IMG/VR virus record: IMGVR_UViG_3300028603_000032
Coordinates: 1 to 64,000 of that record
Length of the DNA: 64,000 nucleotides
Source: a virus
Taxonomy: Duplodnaviria; Caudoviricetes
Reading direction: 5' to 3' (one strand)
The position numbers and the translations under genes are program-made. The notes under the pieces were generated by a model. It worked only from the letters and a program-made list of their open reading frames with translations, made no database searches and was not told the DNA's origin. This document shows, piece by piece, positions 9,140-17,690 of this stretch; position 1 is the stretch's first letter; every line of letters starts with the position of its first letter.

Positions 9140-9533
9140 CGCCATAAGGCTGTACCGCTGGCATATCGCTCGCAGGTGCGGACCTCGGTTCGACCGTGGC
9201 CTGCCCATGGACATCTGGAAGTGGAGCGTAGACGACTACGTGGAAGCGGCAGAGACCCTGTTTGCCTCGATGGCGCACAACGGGTTCCTGTCCGAGTACG
9301 CTGTTCCGATAGATCCTGACGGAGAGCTTCTAGGCGGAGCGCATAGAGTGGCGTGTGCGCTGGCGCTGGGGATCGGGGAAATACCGGTCGTCCGCAAGCC
9401 ATATAGAGCCTGGGCGCCGCCGTGGGGCCGGGAATGGTTTGTTGCGAACGGGATGGCTAAAGAGGATTTGGATCGCGTTAGCCGGGATTACGTTGATCTG
9501 GCGACGGTTTGCCAGAGGACGGGCGGCACGTAG
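9024..9533 (+). CDS. ParB/sulfiredoxin-like domain protein
   Basis: RRWDLAIK..Y, VPIDPDGELLGGAHRVACALALG (GxHR). Overlaps the kinase 3' end in another frame. Confidence 0.65.
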   Translation: MPEPSLSRSRTVDLVSPRRWDLAIKKRYFAHFLHGGDRDAIRLYRWHIARRCGPRFDRGLPMDIWKWSVDDYVEAAETLFASMAHNGFLSEYAVPIDPDGELLGGAHRVACALALGIGEIPVVRKPYRAWAPPWGREWFVANGMAKEDLDRVSRDYVDLATVCQRTGGT

Positions 9534-9778
9534 GAAACTGCACCATCAGCAGCGAAATTAACCATGCACGAGCCGTATGAGACGATATCGTGATTGATTT
9601 CGTCTAGATAACTCTGAAGGTCTTTACGGAGGCCAAGCCACGGGTTGAGTTCTCCATCAATCCACGTGATCGGCAAAGACTTCACCGGCATCAATGACGA
9701 CGCCCTGACGATAGCCGGCGCGGCCACGAAGCCCACTAGCCCAGTGATCAAGCCTCGCCTTGAAACTGGCAGGGTCAT
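9488..9778 (-). CDS. Small protein with Tat-like signal (SRRGLITGLVGFVAAPAIV)
   Basis: Twin-Arg followed by a hydrophobic stretch; GAGG RBS on minus strand. Confidence 0.5.
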   Translation of the reverse strand: MTLPVSRRGLITGLVGFVAAPAIVRASSLMPVKSLPITWIDGELNPWLGLRKDLQSYLDEINHDIVSYGSCMVNFAADGAVSYVPPVLWQTVARST

Positions 9779-9963
9779 CGGAACCTCTTGATCTGCCCTG
9801 TCAGGCGCACCCAAGCCGCTCGCATCCAGTAGCTATGGTGCATTGACACATAGGGGCGTGCGCCGTCGGCAATCTCGAAGCCGAGAAGCTTAAGCAACCA
9901 GCGTTGTCTGACCGTGATCTCCATGCGCGGAACCTACCACTATTCGCCAATCGAGGGAAGCAC

Positions 9964-10056
9964 ATGCCCGTAGACGCCCCCATGAAAACCTATGTCGGCT
10001 CAAGCAAGAAGCCGAAGCCCAAGCCCAAGCCGACAAAGCCGCGGCCGGGATATTGA
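9964..10056 (+). CDS. 30-aa Lys/Pro-rich micro-ORF (…SSKKPKPKPKPTKPRPGY)
   Basis: RBS GAGGGAAG; not in ORF track (<60 aa); directly precedes terminase. Confidence 0.45.
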   Translation: MPVDAPMKTYVGSSKKPKPKPKPTKPRPGY

Positions 10057-10066
10057 TCAGATCTGC

Positions 10067-11644
10067 ATGTCTACTGCATCTCTTGATGATCTCAAGGCTA
10101 TTGAACGCCTTATCGAGAACCTGTCTCCGGAAAAGCGCAGAGCGCTCGTCGAAATCCCAGCCATCAAGCAGCGCCTTGCAAGGTGGGCACCCAATCCGGG
10201 GCCTCAGACAGATGCCTATCATAGCCAAGCCGATGAGCTTCTGTACGGAGGGCAGGCTGGTGGGGGCAAAACGGATCTTCTGATCGGTCTCGCCCTCAAC
10301 GAGCACAAGCGCGCGCGCATCTTGCGCCGGATCAATCAGGACGTTTCTGAACCGGCCGACAGATTGCTGGAAGTCCTTGGCCACTCCGATGGGTTCACGC
10401 GCAATCCGCCGACGTGGCGCGGGGAAGGAAACAAGCTGATCGAGTTCCGCGGCTGCGAGTTGGAGCGCGACAAACAAAGGTTCAAAGGAAAGGCGCGCGA
10501 CTTCATCGGCTACGACGAACTCGCCGACTTCCTTGAAAGCCAGTACCTATTCATCAATACCTGGAACCGCTCGGTCGATCCGAGCCAGCGCTGCCGCATC
10601 GTTGGTGCCACGAACGGCCCCACGACGGCAGAAGGGCTTTGGATCATCAAACGGTGGGCCGCTTGGCTCGACCCCAACCATCCGAATCCGGCCAAGGATG
10701 GTGAGCTTCGCTGGTATCTGACGATCGATGGGCAAGACGTAGAGGTTGACGGGCCTGGACCGCATGAGATCCGGGGACGCATGGTTCGTGCATCATCACG
10801 CACGTTCATTCGCTCCCGTCTCGAAGATAACCCGGATCTAGCAGAAACGGATTATGGTGATCGCCTAGAAAGCCTGCCGGAAGAATTGCGCCGCGTCTAC
10901 CGCGAAGGTGATTTTACAGTCGGCCTGAAAGATGACGATTGGCAGGTAATCCCCAGCGCATGGATCGACGCTGCCCAACAGCGGTGGACGGATCGCCCGC
11001 CAGAAGGGTTTGCCATGACGGCCATGGCGGTCGACGTGGCTCCAGGCGGTGGGGACAAGCGTGTCATAGCCGCTCGTTATGGCGGATGGTTCGCCCCGCT
11101 CGACGTAGCGCGGGAAGTCGATAGGGACGGGCGCCTCACGGCTTCGGCTGTCGTAAGGCTGCGCCGCGACAACTGCCCCGTGGTCGTGGACCTTGGTGGC
11201 GGCTGGGGCGGCGATGCTGCTGTTGCTCTACGGGACAACGGTATCACGGTCGTGACCTACATGGGCCTCAACCCGTCATCCGCGACGACGCGCGACGGCA
11301 AACTCCGGTTCGTGAACAAACGCGCGGAGACGATATGGAAAGTGCGTGAAGCCCTCGACCCCGGACAGGATGGCGGGTCTCAGATCATTCTTCCGCCGGA
11401 CAATGAAATGAAGGCCGATCTCGCATCGTTCCGATGGGTGCTGAAGCCGAATGGTATCCAGATCGAGTCAAAGGAAGACATCAAGAAGCGCATCGGACGC
11501 TCGCCGGACAGGGGTGAGGCGGTGTGCATGTGTCTTGCGCCGGGCGATCAGGCCGTGACGCGCGCGGTAAGGCGCCATTCGCCACCCAAAGTCATCCTCG
11601 CGTACCAGAACTCCAAACGCAGTTACTCGAAAGGAAGAAGATAG
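10067..11644 (+). CDS. terL: Terminase large subunit
   Basis: YGGQAGGGKT Walker A, FIGYDEL Walker B, AVDVAPGGGD RNase H-like nuclease, SPDRGEA C-terminal motif. Confidence 0.9.
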   Translation: MSTASLDDLKAIERLIENLSPEKRRALVEIPAIKQRLARWAPNPGPQTDAYHSQADELLYGGQAGGGKTDLLIGLALNEHKRARILRRINQDVSEPADRLLEVLGHSDGFTRNPPTWRGEGNKLIEFRGCELERDKQRFKGKARDFIGYDELADFLESQYLFINTWNRSVDPSQRCRIVGATNGPTTAEGLWIIKRWAAWLDPNHPNPAKDGELRWYLTIDGQDVEVDGPGPHEIRGRMVRASSRTFIRSRLEDNPDLAETDYGDRLESLPEELRRVYREGDFTVGLKDDDWQVIPSAWIDAAQQRWTDRPPEGFAMTAMAVDVAPGGGDKRVIAARYGGWFAPLDVAREVDRDGRLTASAVVRLRRDNCPVVVDLGGGWGGDAAVALRDNGITVVTYMGLNPSSATTRDGKLRFVNKRAETIWKVREALDPGQDGGSQIILPPDNEMKADLASFRWVLKPNGIQIESKEDIKKRIGRSPDRGEAVCMCLAPGDQAVTRAVRRHSPPKVILAYQNSKRSYSKGRR

Positions 11645-11863
11645 ATGAGCAGCCTGTTCAAACCGAAGATGCCGAAGGTAGAGATCCCCGAGGAGCAGAA
11701 ACCGCGCCCCGTCCGCATGCCGACCGAGACGGACCCGGACGTGCTTGCTGCCTCCAAGCGCACCCGTCAGGCCGCCATGCAGCGCCGCGGCAGGCTCTCC
11801 ACCATTCTCACAGATCAGACCAGAGCCACTACCGGGTCGAGCGGGACCAAGCTGGGGGCCTGA
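11645..11863 (+). CDS. Small basic virion protein preceding portal (T7 gp7.3-like position)
   Basis: 72 aa, RRGRLSTILT...GTKLGA; paralog at 16804-17040. Confidence 0.7.
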   Translation: MSSLFKPKMPKVEIPEEQKPRPVRMPTETDPDVLAASKRTRQAAMQRRGRLSTILTDQTRATTGSSGTKLGA

Positions 11864-11869
11864 TCTCAG

Positions 11870-13540
11870 ATGGACAGCAGAGCGCGAGAAGTGCTGCGGA
11901 TGGGCGACAAGCTCTTCAGCAGTAGAAGAAACATAGACTCTCTCTGGCAGGAGATCGCGCTCAACTTTTATCCTGAGAAAGCCGATTTCACATACAACAG
12001 GGTAGAGGGCGATGAGTTTGCCGACCACCTGTTCTCGTCCTATCCCGTCATGGCGCGGCGCGAGCTGGGAAACCTGCTCTCCGCAAACCTTCGGCCACGA
12101 TCGCAGAAATGGTTCTCGGTTCACGTCGATGACGAGGAACTTGACGAGCAGGACGCCGAGCGCAAGTTCCTGGAGAGGCTGACGGACATTCAGTGGCGGG
12201 CGACCTACGACCGTCCGGCACAGTTCGTCAGGGCGACGAAGGAGGGCGATCACTTCTTTGCCACCTTCGGCAATGCGGTCATCCAAGTCTCTCTCAACAT
12301 CGCGGGCGACGGCCTCCTGTTCCGCAGCCATCACTTGCGAGATTGTGCCTGGTCGGAGAATGCAGAAGGTAAGATCGACGTTCTCCACCGCAACTGGAAG
12401 CCGACGGCGCGCCAGCTCAAGCACCATTTCCCCGCCACGATCTCGAAAGATGTGAAGGAAGCCTGCGAGAAGAACGCGGAGCAGACCTTCTACTGCCGCC
12501 ATGTCGTGGTGCCGTCGCGGCTCTACGATTACAAGTCCAAGTCCGGCCGGCAATTCCCCTACGTTTCGCTCTATGTGGAGCGGGAAACCGAGACGGTGCT
12601 GGAGGAGGTTGGTCTTAATCACTTCCCCTACGTCGTGCCCCGCTGGGAAACCGTGCCTGGCTCGGCCTACGGCGTGTCCATGGCAACCATGATCCTGCTG
12701 CCCGACAGCCGGACGTTGCAGGTCGTGATGCGGACGCTGAGAGAGGCAGGCGAGAACTACGTCAATCCCCCGCTCATCGCCGTGAACGATGCGATCCGGA
12801 GCGACATCGCGCTCTATCCCGGCGGCATCACCACCGTTGACATGGAATACGACGAGCGGCTGGGCGAGGTTCTAAGGCCGATCACGAAGGACCGCGGCGG
12901 GTTTCCCATAGGCGAAGCCATCGCGGCATCGCTGCGTGAGGACATCAGGGGCGGGTTCTTTCTCGACAAGATCCAGCTTCCAGAGGTCGGCAACCAGATG
13001 ACGGCTTTCGAGGTTCGCCGTCGTCTCGAAGAGCATATCCGGTCGTCGTCTCCGATCTTCGAGCCGGTCATCGAGCAGTACAACGACCCGCTCTGCGATA
13101 CGGTGTTCCAGATACTCTCAGAAGCCGGGGCGTTCCCGCTGCATGAAATGCCGGAGACTTTGGCCGAACGGGAGATCAAGTTCAAGTTCCGCTCACCCCT
13201 GGCAGACCTTGCCGATCAGGCCGAAGCGGAATCGTACATCGAGACGCGCGACCGCATCCTCGTGCCGGCCATGCAGTTCGATCCATCACAGGCTGAGAAC
13301 GCGGACTTCACCCAAGCAACACGTGACGCCATGCGGGCGGCCGGCTGGAAAGCGAAGTGGTTCAAGCCGGAAGAAGCCGTTGCGGAAGCCAAGGCGCAGA
13401 TGCAGGAGCAGGCCGAAGCACAGCAGGTCGTGGACGAGATCGCACAGGCCGGAGCGGTTGCGGAGCAGGGCGGCAAGGGCCTCGATGCGCTGCTCAAGGC
13501 AGGCCAGCAGCCGGCACGTCCTAACGGCGCCGCAAGGTAG
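11870..13540 (+). CDS. Portal / head-tail connector (T7-like)
   Basis: 556 aa; PYVVPRWETVPGSAYG, PPL, MTAFEVRRRLEE motifs; position after terL. Confidence 0.88.
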   Translation: MDSRAREVLRMGDKLFSSRRNIDSLWQEIALNFYPEKADFTYNRVEGDEFADHLFSSYPVMARRELGNLLSANLRPRSQKWFSVHVDDEELDEQDAERKFLERLTDIQWRATYDRPAQFVRATKEGDHFFATFGNAVIQVSLNIAGDGLLFRSHHLRDCAWSENAEGKIDVLHRNWKPTARQLKHHFPATISKDVKEACEKNAEQTFYCRHVVVPSRLYDYKSKSGRQFPYVSLYVERETETVLEEVGLNHFPYVVPRWETVPGSAYGVSMATMILLPDSRTLQVVMRTLREAGENYVNPPLIAVNDAIRSDIALYPGGITTVDMEYDERLGEVLRPITKDRGGFPIGEAIAASLREDIRGGFFLDKIQLPEVGNQMTAFEVRRRLEEHIRSSSPIFEPVIEQYNDPLCDTVFQILSEAGAFPLHEMPETLAEREIKFKFRSPLADLADQAEAESYIETRDRILVPAMQFDPSQAENADFTQATRDAMRAAGWKAKWFKPEEAVAEAKAQMQEQAEAQQVVDEIAQAGAVAEQGGKGLDALLKAGQQPARPNGAAR

Positions 13541-13545
13541 GATCA

Positions 13546-13866
13546 ATGCCAAAACGTGAAGTCTGGCACCCGGCTGATTACGATCAGGCGGACGTGAGAG
13601 CTATTCAGGCGCTCGCCAATTATGCACAGCTCGCCGTTGTCGCCTGGAACGAGCAGGAGATGGGACCGGCGCCGGAAGTGCCGTCTCCGTTCGAGGTGAA
13701 GCGGGCGCTCGACTGGATCATCAACAACGCTGCGCAGACGTACGACACGAGCTTCGTGGCGGACGACGCAAACGGGCGGGTCGGAGCTTTCGTCGAAGGA
13801 CGGCGCTCGGTCGGCATGCAATTGGTGAAGCTGATGAGACTCAAAGCCGATGTGGTGAAGAAGTAG
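13546..13866 (+). CDS. Conserved podovirus protein between portal and scaffold
   Basis: AFVEGRRSVGMQLVKL motif; synteny. Confidence 0.65.
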   Translation: MPKREVWHPADYDQADVRAIQALANYAQLAVVAWNEQEMGPAPEVPSPFEVKRALDWIINNAAQTYDTSFVADDANGRVGAFVEGRRSVGMQLVKLMRLKADVVKK

Positions 13867-13879
13867 GAACGAGGGACCT

Positions 13880-14932
13880 ATGCTTGACGACGAACTCACA
13901 GAAACCCAGGAGACTGGGGAAAGTGGCGATCCGGCACCAAAGGATCAGCAAACACAAAGCTCGGAAGGTGAGCCTAAAGCACCTGCCACCGAAGAGAAAA
14001 CGGAACCCGCAAAGACCGGCAAGACGATAGTTGCCGGAGCCGATGCCGAGGAAGAAGCCAAGGCAAAGGAAGAGCAGGAAGCCAAGGATCACAAGCCCTA
14101 TTGGCCAGACGACTGGCGCGAGAAGATGGCCGAGCACTATGCGGCCGGCGACAAGAAGCTCTATCAGAAGGAGCTGAACCGCCTGAAACGGTTCACCGAC
14201 CCGACCGCAGTCTACGGCATGGGGCGTGAGCTGGAGGGCAAGTTCACGTCAGGCGGTCTCGTCAAGATCCCCGGCAAGGACGCGAAGCCGGAGGAGAAAC
14301 AAGCCTTCTGGAAACAGCTCGGCGTTCCCGAGAACGCGGAAGAGTATTTCGAGAAGATCCAGCTTGAGAACGGCGCTGTCATCGGCGAGGCCGACAAGCC
14401 GCTGGTGAACACGTTCGCGCAGGCCGTTCACAAGGCCGGAGCCACGCCTGAGTTCGTCAGCGCAGCCCTCAACTGGTACTATCAGCAGCAGGAGCAGCAG
14501 GCCGCCGAGCTAGATGAGCAGGACGAGACATTCCGCGTCGAATCCGAGCGCGCGCTGAAGGAAGAATTCGGCCCGGCGTTCAAGCGGCGCACGAATGCCA
14601 TCGGTTCACTATTCTCTACGGCTCCGGGCGGCTCGGACATCAAGAACGAGAACGGCCTGTTTGCCCGCCTCATGGGCGGCAGGACGGCCGATGGCAGGAT
14701 CATCGGCAACGACCCCGACATGGTGCGCTGGCTGTCCGGCCTCGTGAGCGAGGTTAACCCGGCGGCTACCGTTGTCGAGGGCGGCGATCAGTCAGGGCAA
14801 TCCGTCGACGAAGAGATCGCCAAAATCGAAAAGATCATGCGTACAGACCGGCGCGAATACAACCGGACCTACGCAGACCGTTATCGCGAGCTTCTCGGAG
14901 TTCGCGAAAAGCTTCGGGCTCGCGGAGCCTGA
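13880..14932 (+). CDS. Capsid scaffolding protein
   Basis: Acidic disordered N-terminus, PGKDAKPEEKQAFWKQLGVP, helical C-terminus; upstream of MCP. Confidence 0.75.
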   Translation: MLDDELTETQETGESGDPAPKDQQTQSSEGEPKAPATEEKTEPAKTGKTIVAGADAEEEAKAKEEQEAKDHKPYWPDDWREKMAEHYAAGDKKLYQKELNRLKRFTDPTAVYGMGRELEGKFTSGGLVKIPGKDAKPEEKQAFWKQLGVPENAEEYFEKIQLENGAVIGEADKPLVNTFAQAVHKAGATPEFVSAALNWYYQQQEQQAAELDEQDETFRVESERALKEEFGPAFKRRTNAIGSLFSTAPGGSDIKNENGLFARLMGGRTADGRIIGNDPDMVRWLSGLVSEVNPAATVVEGGDQSGQSVDEEIAKIEKIMRTDRREYNRTYADRYRELLGVREKLRARGA

Positions 14933-15137
14933 AAACCCCGGCGGCCAGATCCGGCCAACCCGGAGCAATCCGGCGCTGGATAGGCAGCCACCTTAAACCC
15001 CAAACCGTCTAGCAGGCGCTCTTGGACTTGAGCGCGGCGCTCGATCTTCCCGATCGGGCCAACCCGCAATCACGTCGGAAAGGGCTAACCCGGACGCAAC
15101 GACGGCATCTCAAACCCACCTATTGAGAGGTGCCAAA
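14933..15137 (+). promoter_or_regulatory. Structured 5' leader of major capsid gene
   Basis: Three GGCYAACCCG copies, several hairpins, and a stem (GGCATCTCAA/TTGAGAGGTGCC) covering the RBS. Confidence 0.4.
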
Positions 15138-15971
15138 ATGAGCGACAGTGCGTTTCAAACCCAATACCGCCAGGAGCTTGTGGCGGAGTTCGAGGAAGGT
15201 ATGAGTTGGCTTCGTCAGTGCACCGTCACGGAAGCCGTCATCAAGGGCAACCAGGCGGTGTTCCTGGTGGCCGGTTCCGGCGGCGCTGCTGCCGTAAACC
15301 GCGGTATCAACGGGTTGATCCCGGCTCGCGCCGATAGCAACACGCAGCATACCGCAACGCTGGTTGAGTGGCATGATCTTTGCCGCAAAACCCGCTTCAA
15401 CATCTTTGCATCTCAGGGCGACCAGCGGAACCTTATGCAGCAGACCACGCGCAAGGTTCTGAACCGCCGCGTCGATGCTGACGTTATCGCTCAGCTCGAC
15501 ACTGCGACCAACAACCTTGGCGCTGCCACCACGTTCTCGCTGTCGGTCGCGGCCAAGGCGGTCACGACCCTTGGCGAGAACGAGGTTCCGGTCGAGGAAG
15601 AGGACAAGATGTACGCCGTCGCCACCCCCGCGGTGCGTGGCTACATCATGCAGCTCCCCGAGGCGACGAAGATCGACTACGTGGAGATGAAGTTCCTCGC
15701 AGGTCCGGCCCGCCGCATGATGCGCTGGGCGGGCTTCAACTGGGTCTTCCACCCGAACCTGACCGGCGTCGGGACCAACTCGGAGAAGTGCTACTTCTTC
15801 CATCGCGATGCGATCGGAAGTGCCTTCGATTCCGGTGAGGGCCTGAACACGGCGGTGGGCTACGATGACGAGCAGGACTACTCCTACGCTCGCGCATCGT
15901 CGTTCACGGGCGCGAAGCTCCTGCAGCAGAACGGCATCGTGCAGTTCCTGCATGACGCCTCGGCCATCTGA
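15138..15971 (+). CDS. Major capsid protein
   Basis: AFQTQYRQELVAEFEEG..LRQCTV start, FHRDAIGSA, position after scaffold; GAGAGG RBS. Confidence 0.85.
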   Translation: MSDSAFQTQYRQELVAEFEEGMSWLRQCTVTEAVIKGNQAVFLVAGSGGAAAVNRGINGLIPARADSNTQHTATLVEWHDLCRKTRFNIFASQGDQRNLMQQTTRKVLNRRVDADVIAQLDTATNNLGAATTFSLSVAAKAVTTLGENEVPVEEEDKMYAVATPAVRGYIMQLPEATKIDYVEMKFLAGPARRMMRWAGFNWVFHPNLTGVGTNSEKCYFFHRDAIGSAFDSGEGLNTAVGYDDEQDYSYARASSFTGAKLLQQNGIVQFLHDASAI

Positions 15972-15988
15972 GAAAGGAGGACCTAACC

Positions 15989-16255
15989 ATGGCTTACAAG
16001 TCTGACAAGCTGAACCTCCAGTCTCAGTCGATCGCGGGTGTCCGGCACTGGTCCTATACGGACACGGGCTCGGCACTTGCTGCCGTGTCTGACGCCGGCT
16101 TCTTCTCCGATGGTCGCACCAAGGGGATGAAGGTGGGCGATGTCGTGTTCTTCACGAGCGCCGGCGCCACCCCCACGTCTGACACCTTCGTCGTCACTGA
16201 CGTGCAGGCCGACGATACCGGCGGCCAGTACGCCTCTGTCGGCGATACGGGCTGA
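15989..16255 (+). CDS. Probable capsid decoration/cement protein (3 DTG, ends in DTG)
   Basis: Strong RBS AGGAGG; immediately after MCP and before the terminator; 88 aa. Confidence 0.7.
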   Translation: MAYKSDKLNLQSQSIAGVRHWSYTDTGSALAAVSDAGFFSDGRTKGMKVGDVVFFTSAGATPTSDTFVVTDVQADDTGGQYASVGDTG

Positions 16256-16273
16256 TAGCCTTCACACGAACGG

Positions 16274-16304
16274 GGCCGGCGCGATTGTCGCCGGCCTTTC
16301 TCTT
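16274..16304 (+). terminator. Rho-independent terminator
   Basis: GGCCGGCG-cgattgt-CGCCGGCC followed by TTTCTCTT. Confidence 0.65.
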
Positions 16305-16327
16305 CATCCACAATCTGAGGGAAACTC

Positions 16328-16792
16328 ATGTCGACCGTTGCTGCGGCCGCAAAGCCGGCCCGTGTTGTCAAGTCAGAAGCCGCCGCGCCCGCGAAGCCCG
16401 AGCAGATGCTCCGCCAGGTGCAGCCCCGCAAGTTCTCGCCCTCCACCCTGCAGTCCATGGGCCACGATTACGACTGGCTCGCCGTGACGGTGCCGGGCGA
16501 CTGGACGTTTGCCGACGTGATGAAGCCCATCGCATGGTCGAACGTCTGCACGATGGTCTCGCGCGATGCGCTCAATACCCGCCGCGACAAGATCGGATCG
16601 TTGATCTATGCGCGCTCGCCGAAGTTCCTCGCCATGCTGGAGATCACGGGCGTCACGCTCGACCACCTCGGCAACCCGAACGGGCTCAACGTCGAGTGTA
16701 TCGGGCCGAGCGTGGACATCAAGACGGGCGAGGCACGCCCCTTGAACCGGAAGACCCGCAAGGCTTGGGCAGACGAGCCGGACACCGAATAA
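16328..16792 (+). CDS. Hypothetical virion-module protein
   Basis: RBS GAGGGAA; phage-like codon usage. Confidence 0.65.
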   Translation: MSTVAAAAKPARVVKSEAAAPAKPEQMLRQVQPRKFSPSTLQSMGHDYDWLAVTVPGDWTFADVMKPIAWSNVCTMVSRDALNTRRDKIGSLIYARSPKFLAMLEITGVTLDHLGNPNGLNVECIGPSVDIKTGEARPLNRKTRKAWADEPDTE

Positions 16793-16803
16793 GGAGCGGA
16801 GCG

Positions 16804-17040
16804 ATGGGCGGTCTCTTGCGAGGCAGGAAAATGAGCGTTCCGGCAGAGCGTGAGCCGAGCCGGCCGCGTCCGGTTCGCTTGCCGACAGAGACCGATCCGT
16901 CGGCCCTTGCCGCATCACAGAGGACACGTCAGGCGGCGGCGCAACGGAGAGGGCGGCTTTCCACTATCCTTTCCGATGGTGTGCAGGCCAATCCAGAGAA
17001 GGCCACAACCGGATCGTCCGGCGTGAAGCTGGGAGCATAG
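16804..17040 (+). CDS. Paralog of 11645-11863 small virion protein
   Basis: PRPVRLPTETDP..LAASQRTRQAAAQRRGRLSTILS...TTGSSGVKLGA; RBS AAGGAG/GGAG. Confidence 0.7.
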   Translation: MGGLLRGRKMSVPAEREPSRPRPVRLPTETDPSALAASQRTRQAAAQRRGRLSTILSDGVQANPEKATTGSSGVKLGA

Positions 17041-17043
17041 GAC

Positions 17044-17685
17044 ATGGTTTCCAAGCTGGAGATCTTCAACGCGGCTCTCGACGAGCTAGGCCACGAGATC
17101 CTGAGCGATACCGGCGAAGGCAACAGGGCGGCGCAGGTTCTGGCGAGGCTCTATGACAAGGTGGTCGCGGACTGCCTTGCGGAAGGTTCGTGGAACTTTG
17201 CCATGGAGACCATCAAGGCGGAATCGGACACGGGCGTCGAGCCAGCGTTCGGCTTCAGGCAAGTGTTCGCCAAGCCGTCGGATTGGGTCAGGACGTTCGC
17301 AGTTTCAGAGGACGAGTATTTCACTTATCCGCTCCTGCACTACTACGACGATGCCAACTACTGGTCGGCGGACAATTCCCCGATCTATATCCGGTACGTG
17401 AGCAACGATACCGGGCTTGGATTGGAGATGAGCCGCTGGCCGGCGGCGTTCCGGCGCTTTGTGGAACTGGAGCTCGCCGCCCGCGCCTGCATGCCAATAA
17501 CGCAGAACGCATCCTTGAGAGAGGATGTGGAGGCGGCACGCGACAAGGCACGGAAGAACGCGAAGTCACACGATGCGATGAACGAGCCGCAGCCCCGCTT
17601 CCCGCCTCCATCACCGTGGACGCAGGCGAGGGCCGGCAGGATGGCGCGCGGTGATCGCGGCAGTCGTGGCAGATTGATCGGGTAG
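17044..17685 (+). CDS. Tail tubular protein A (adaptor, T7 gp11-like); 3 DTG
   Basis: MVSKLEIFNAALDELG, WNFA, FVELELAARAC; synteny. Confidence 0.8.
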   Translation: MVSKLEIFNAALDELGHEILSDTGEGNRAAQVLARLYDKVVADCLAEGSWNFAMETIKAESDTGVEPAFGFRQVFAKPSDWVRTFAVSEDEYFTYPLLHYYDDANYWSADNSPIYIRYVSNDTGLGLEMSRWPAAFRRFVELELAARACMPITQNASLREDVEAARDKARKNAKSHDAMNEPQPRFPPPSPWTQARAGRMARGDRGSRGRLIG

Positions 17686-17690
17686 AAACC

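Noticed and set aside
3355-9533. O-antigen/serotype conversion (gtrABC) locus
   Set aside because: No membrane flippase, bactoprenol GT or multi-TM transferase; genes are soluble and embedded in the late transcript. Not formally excluded.
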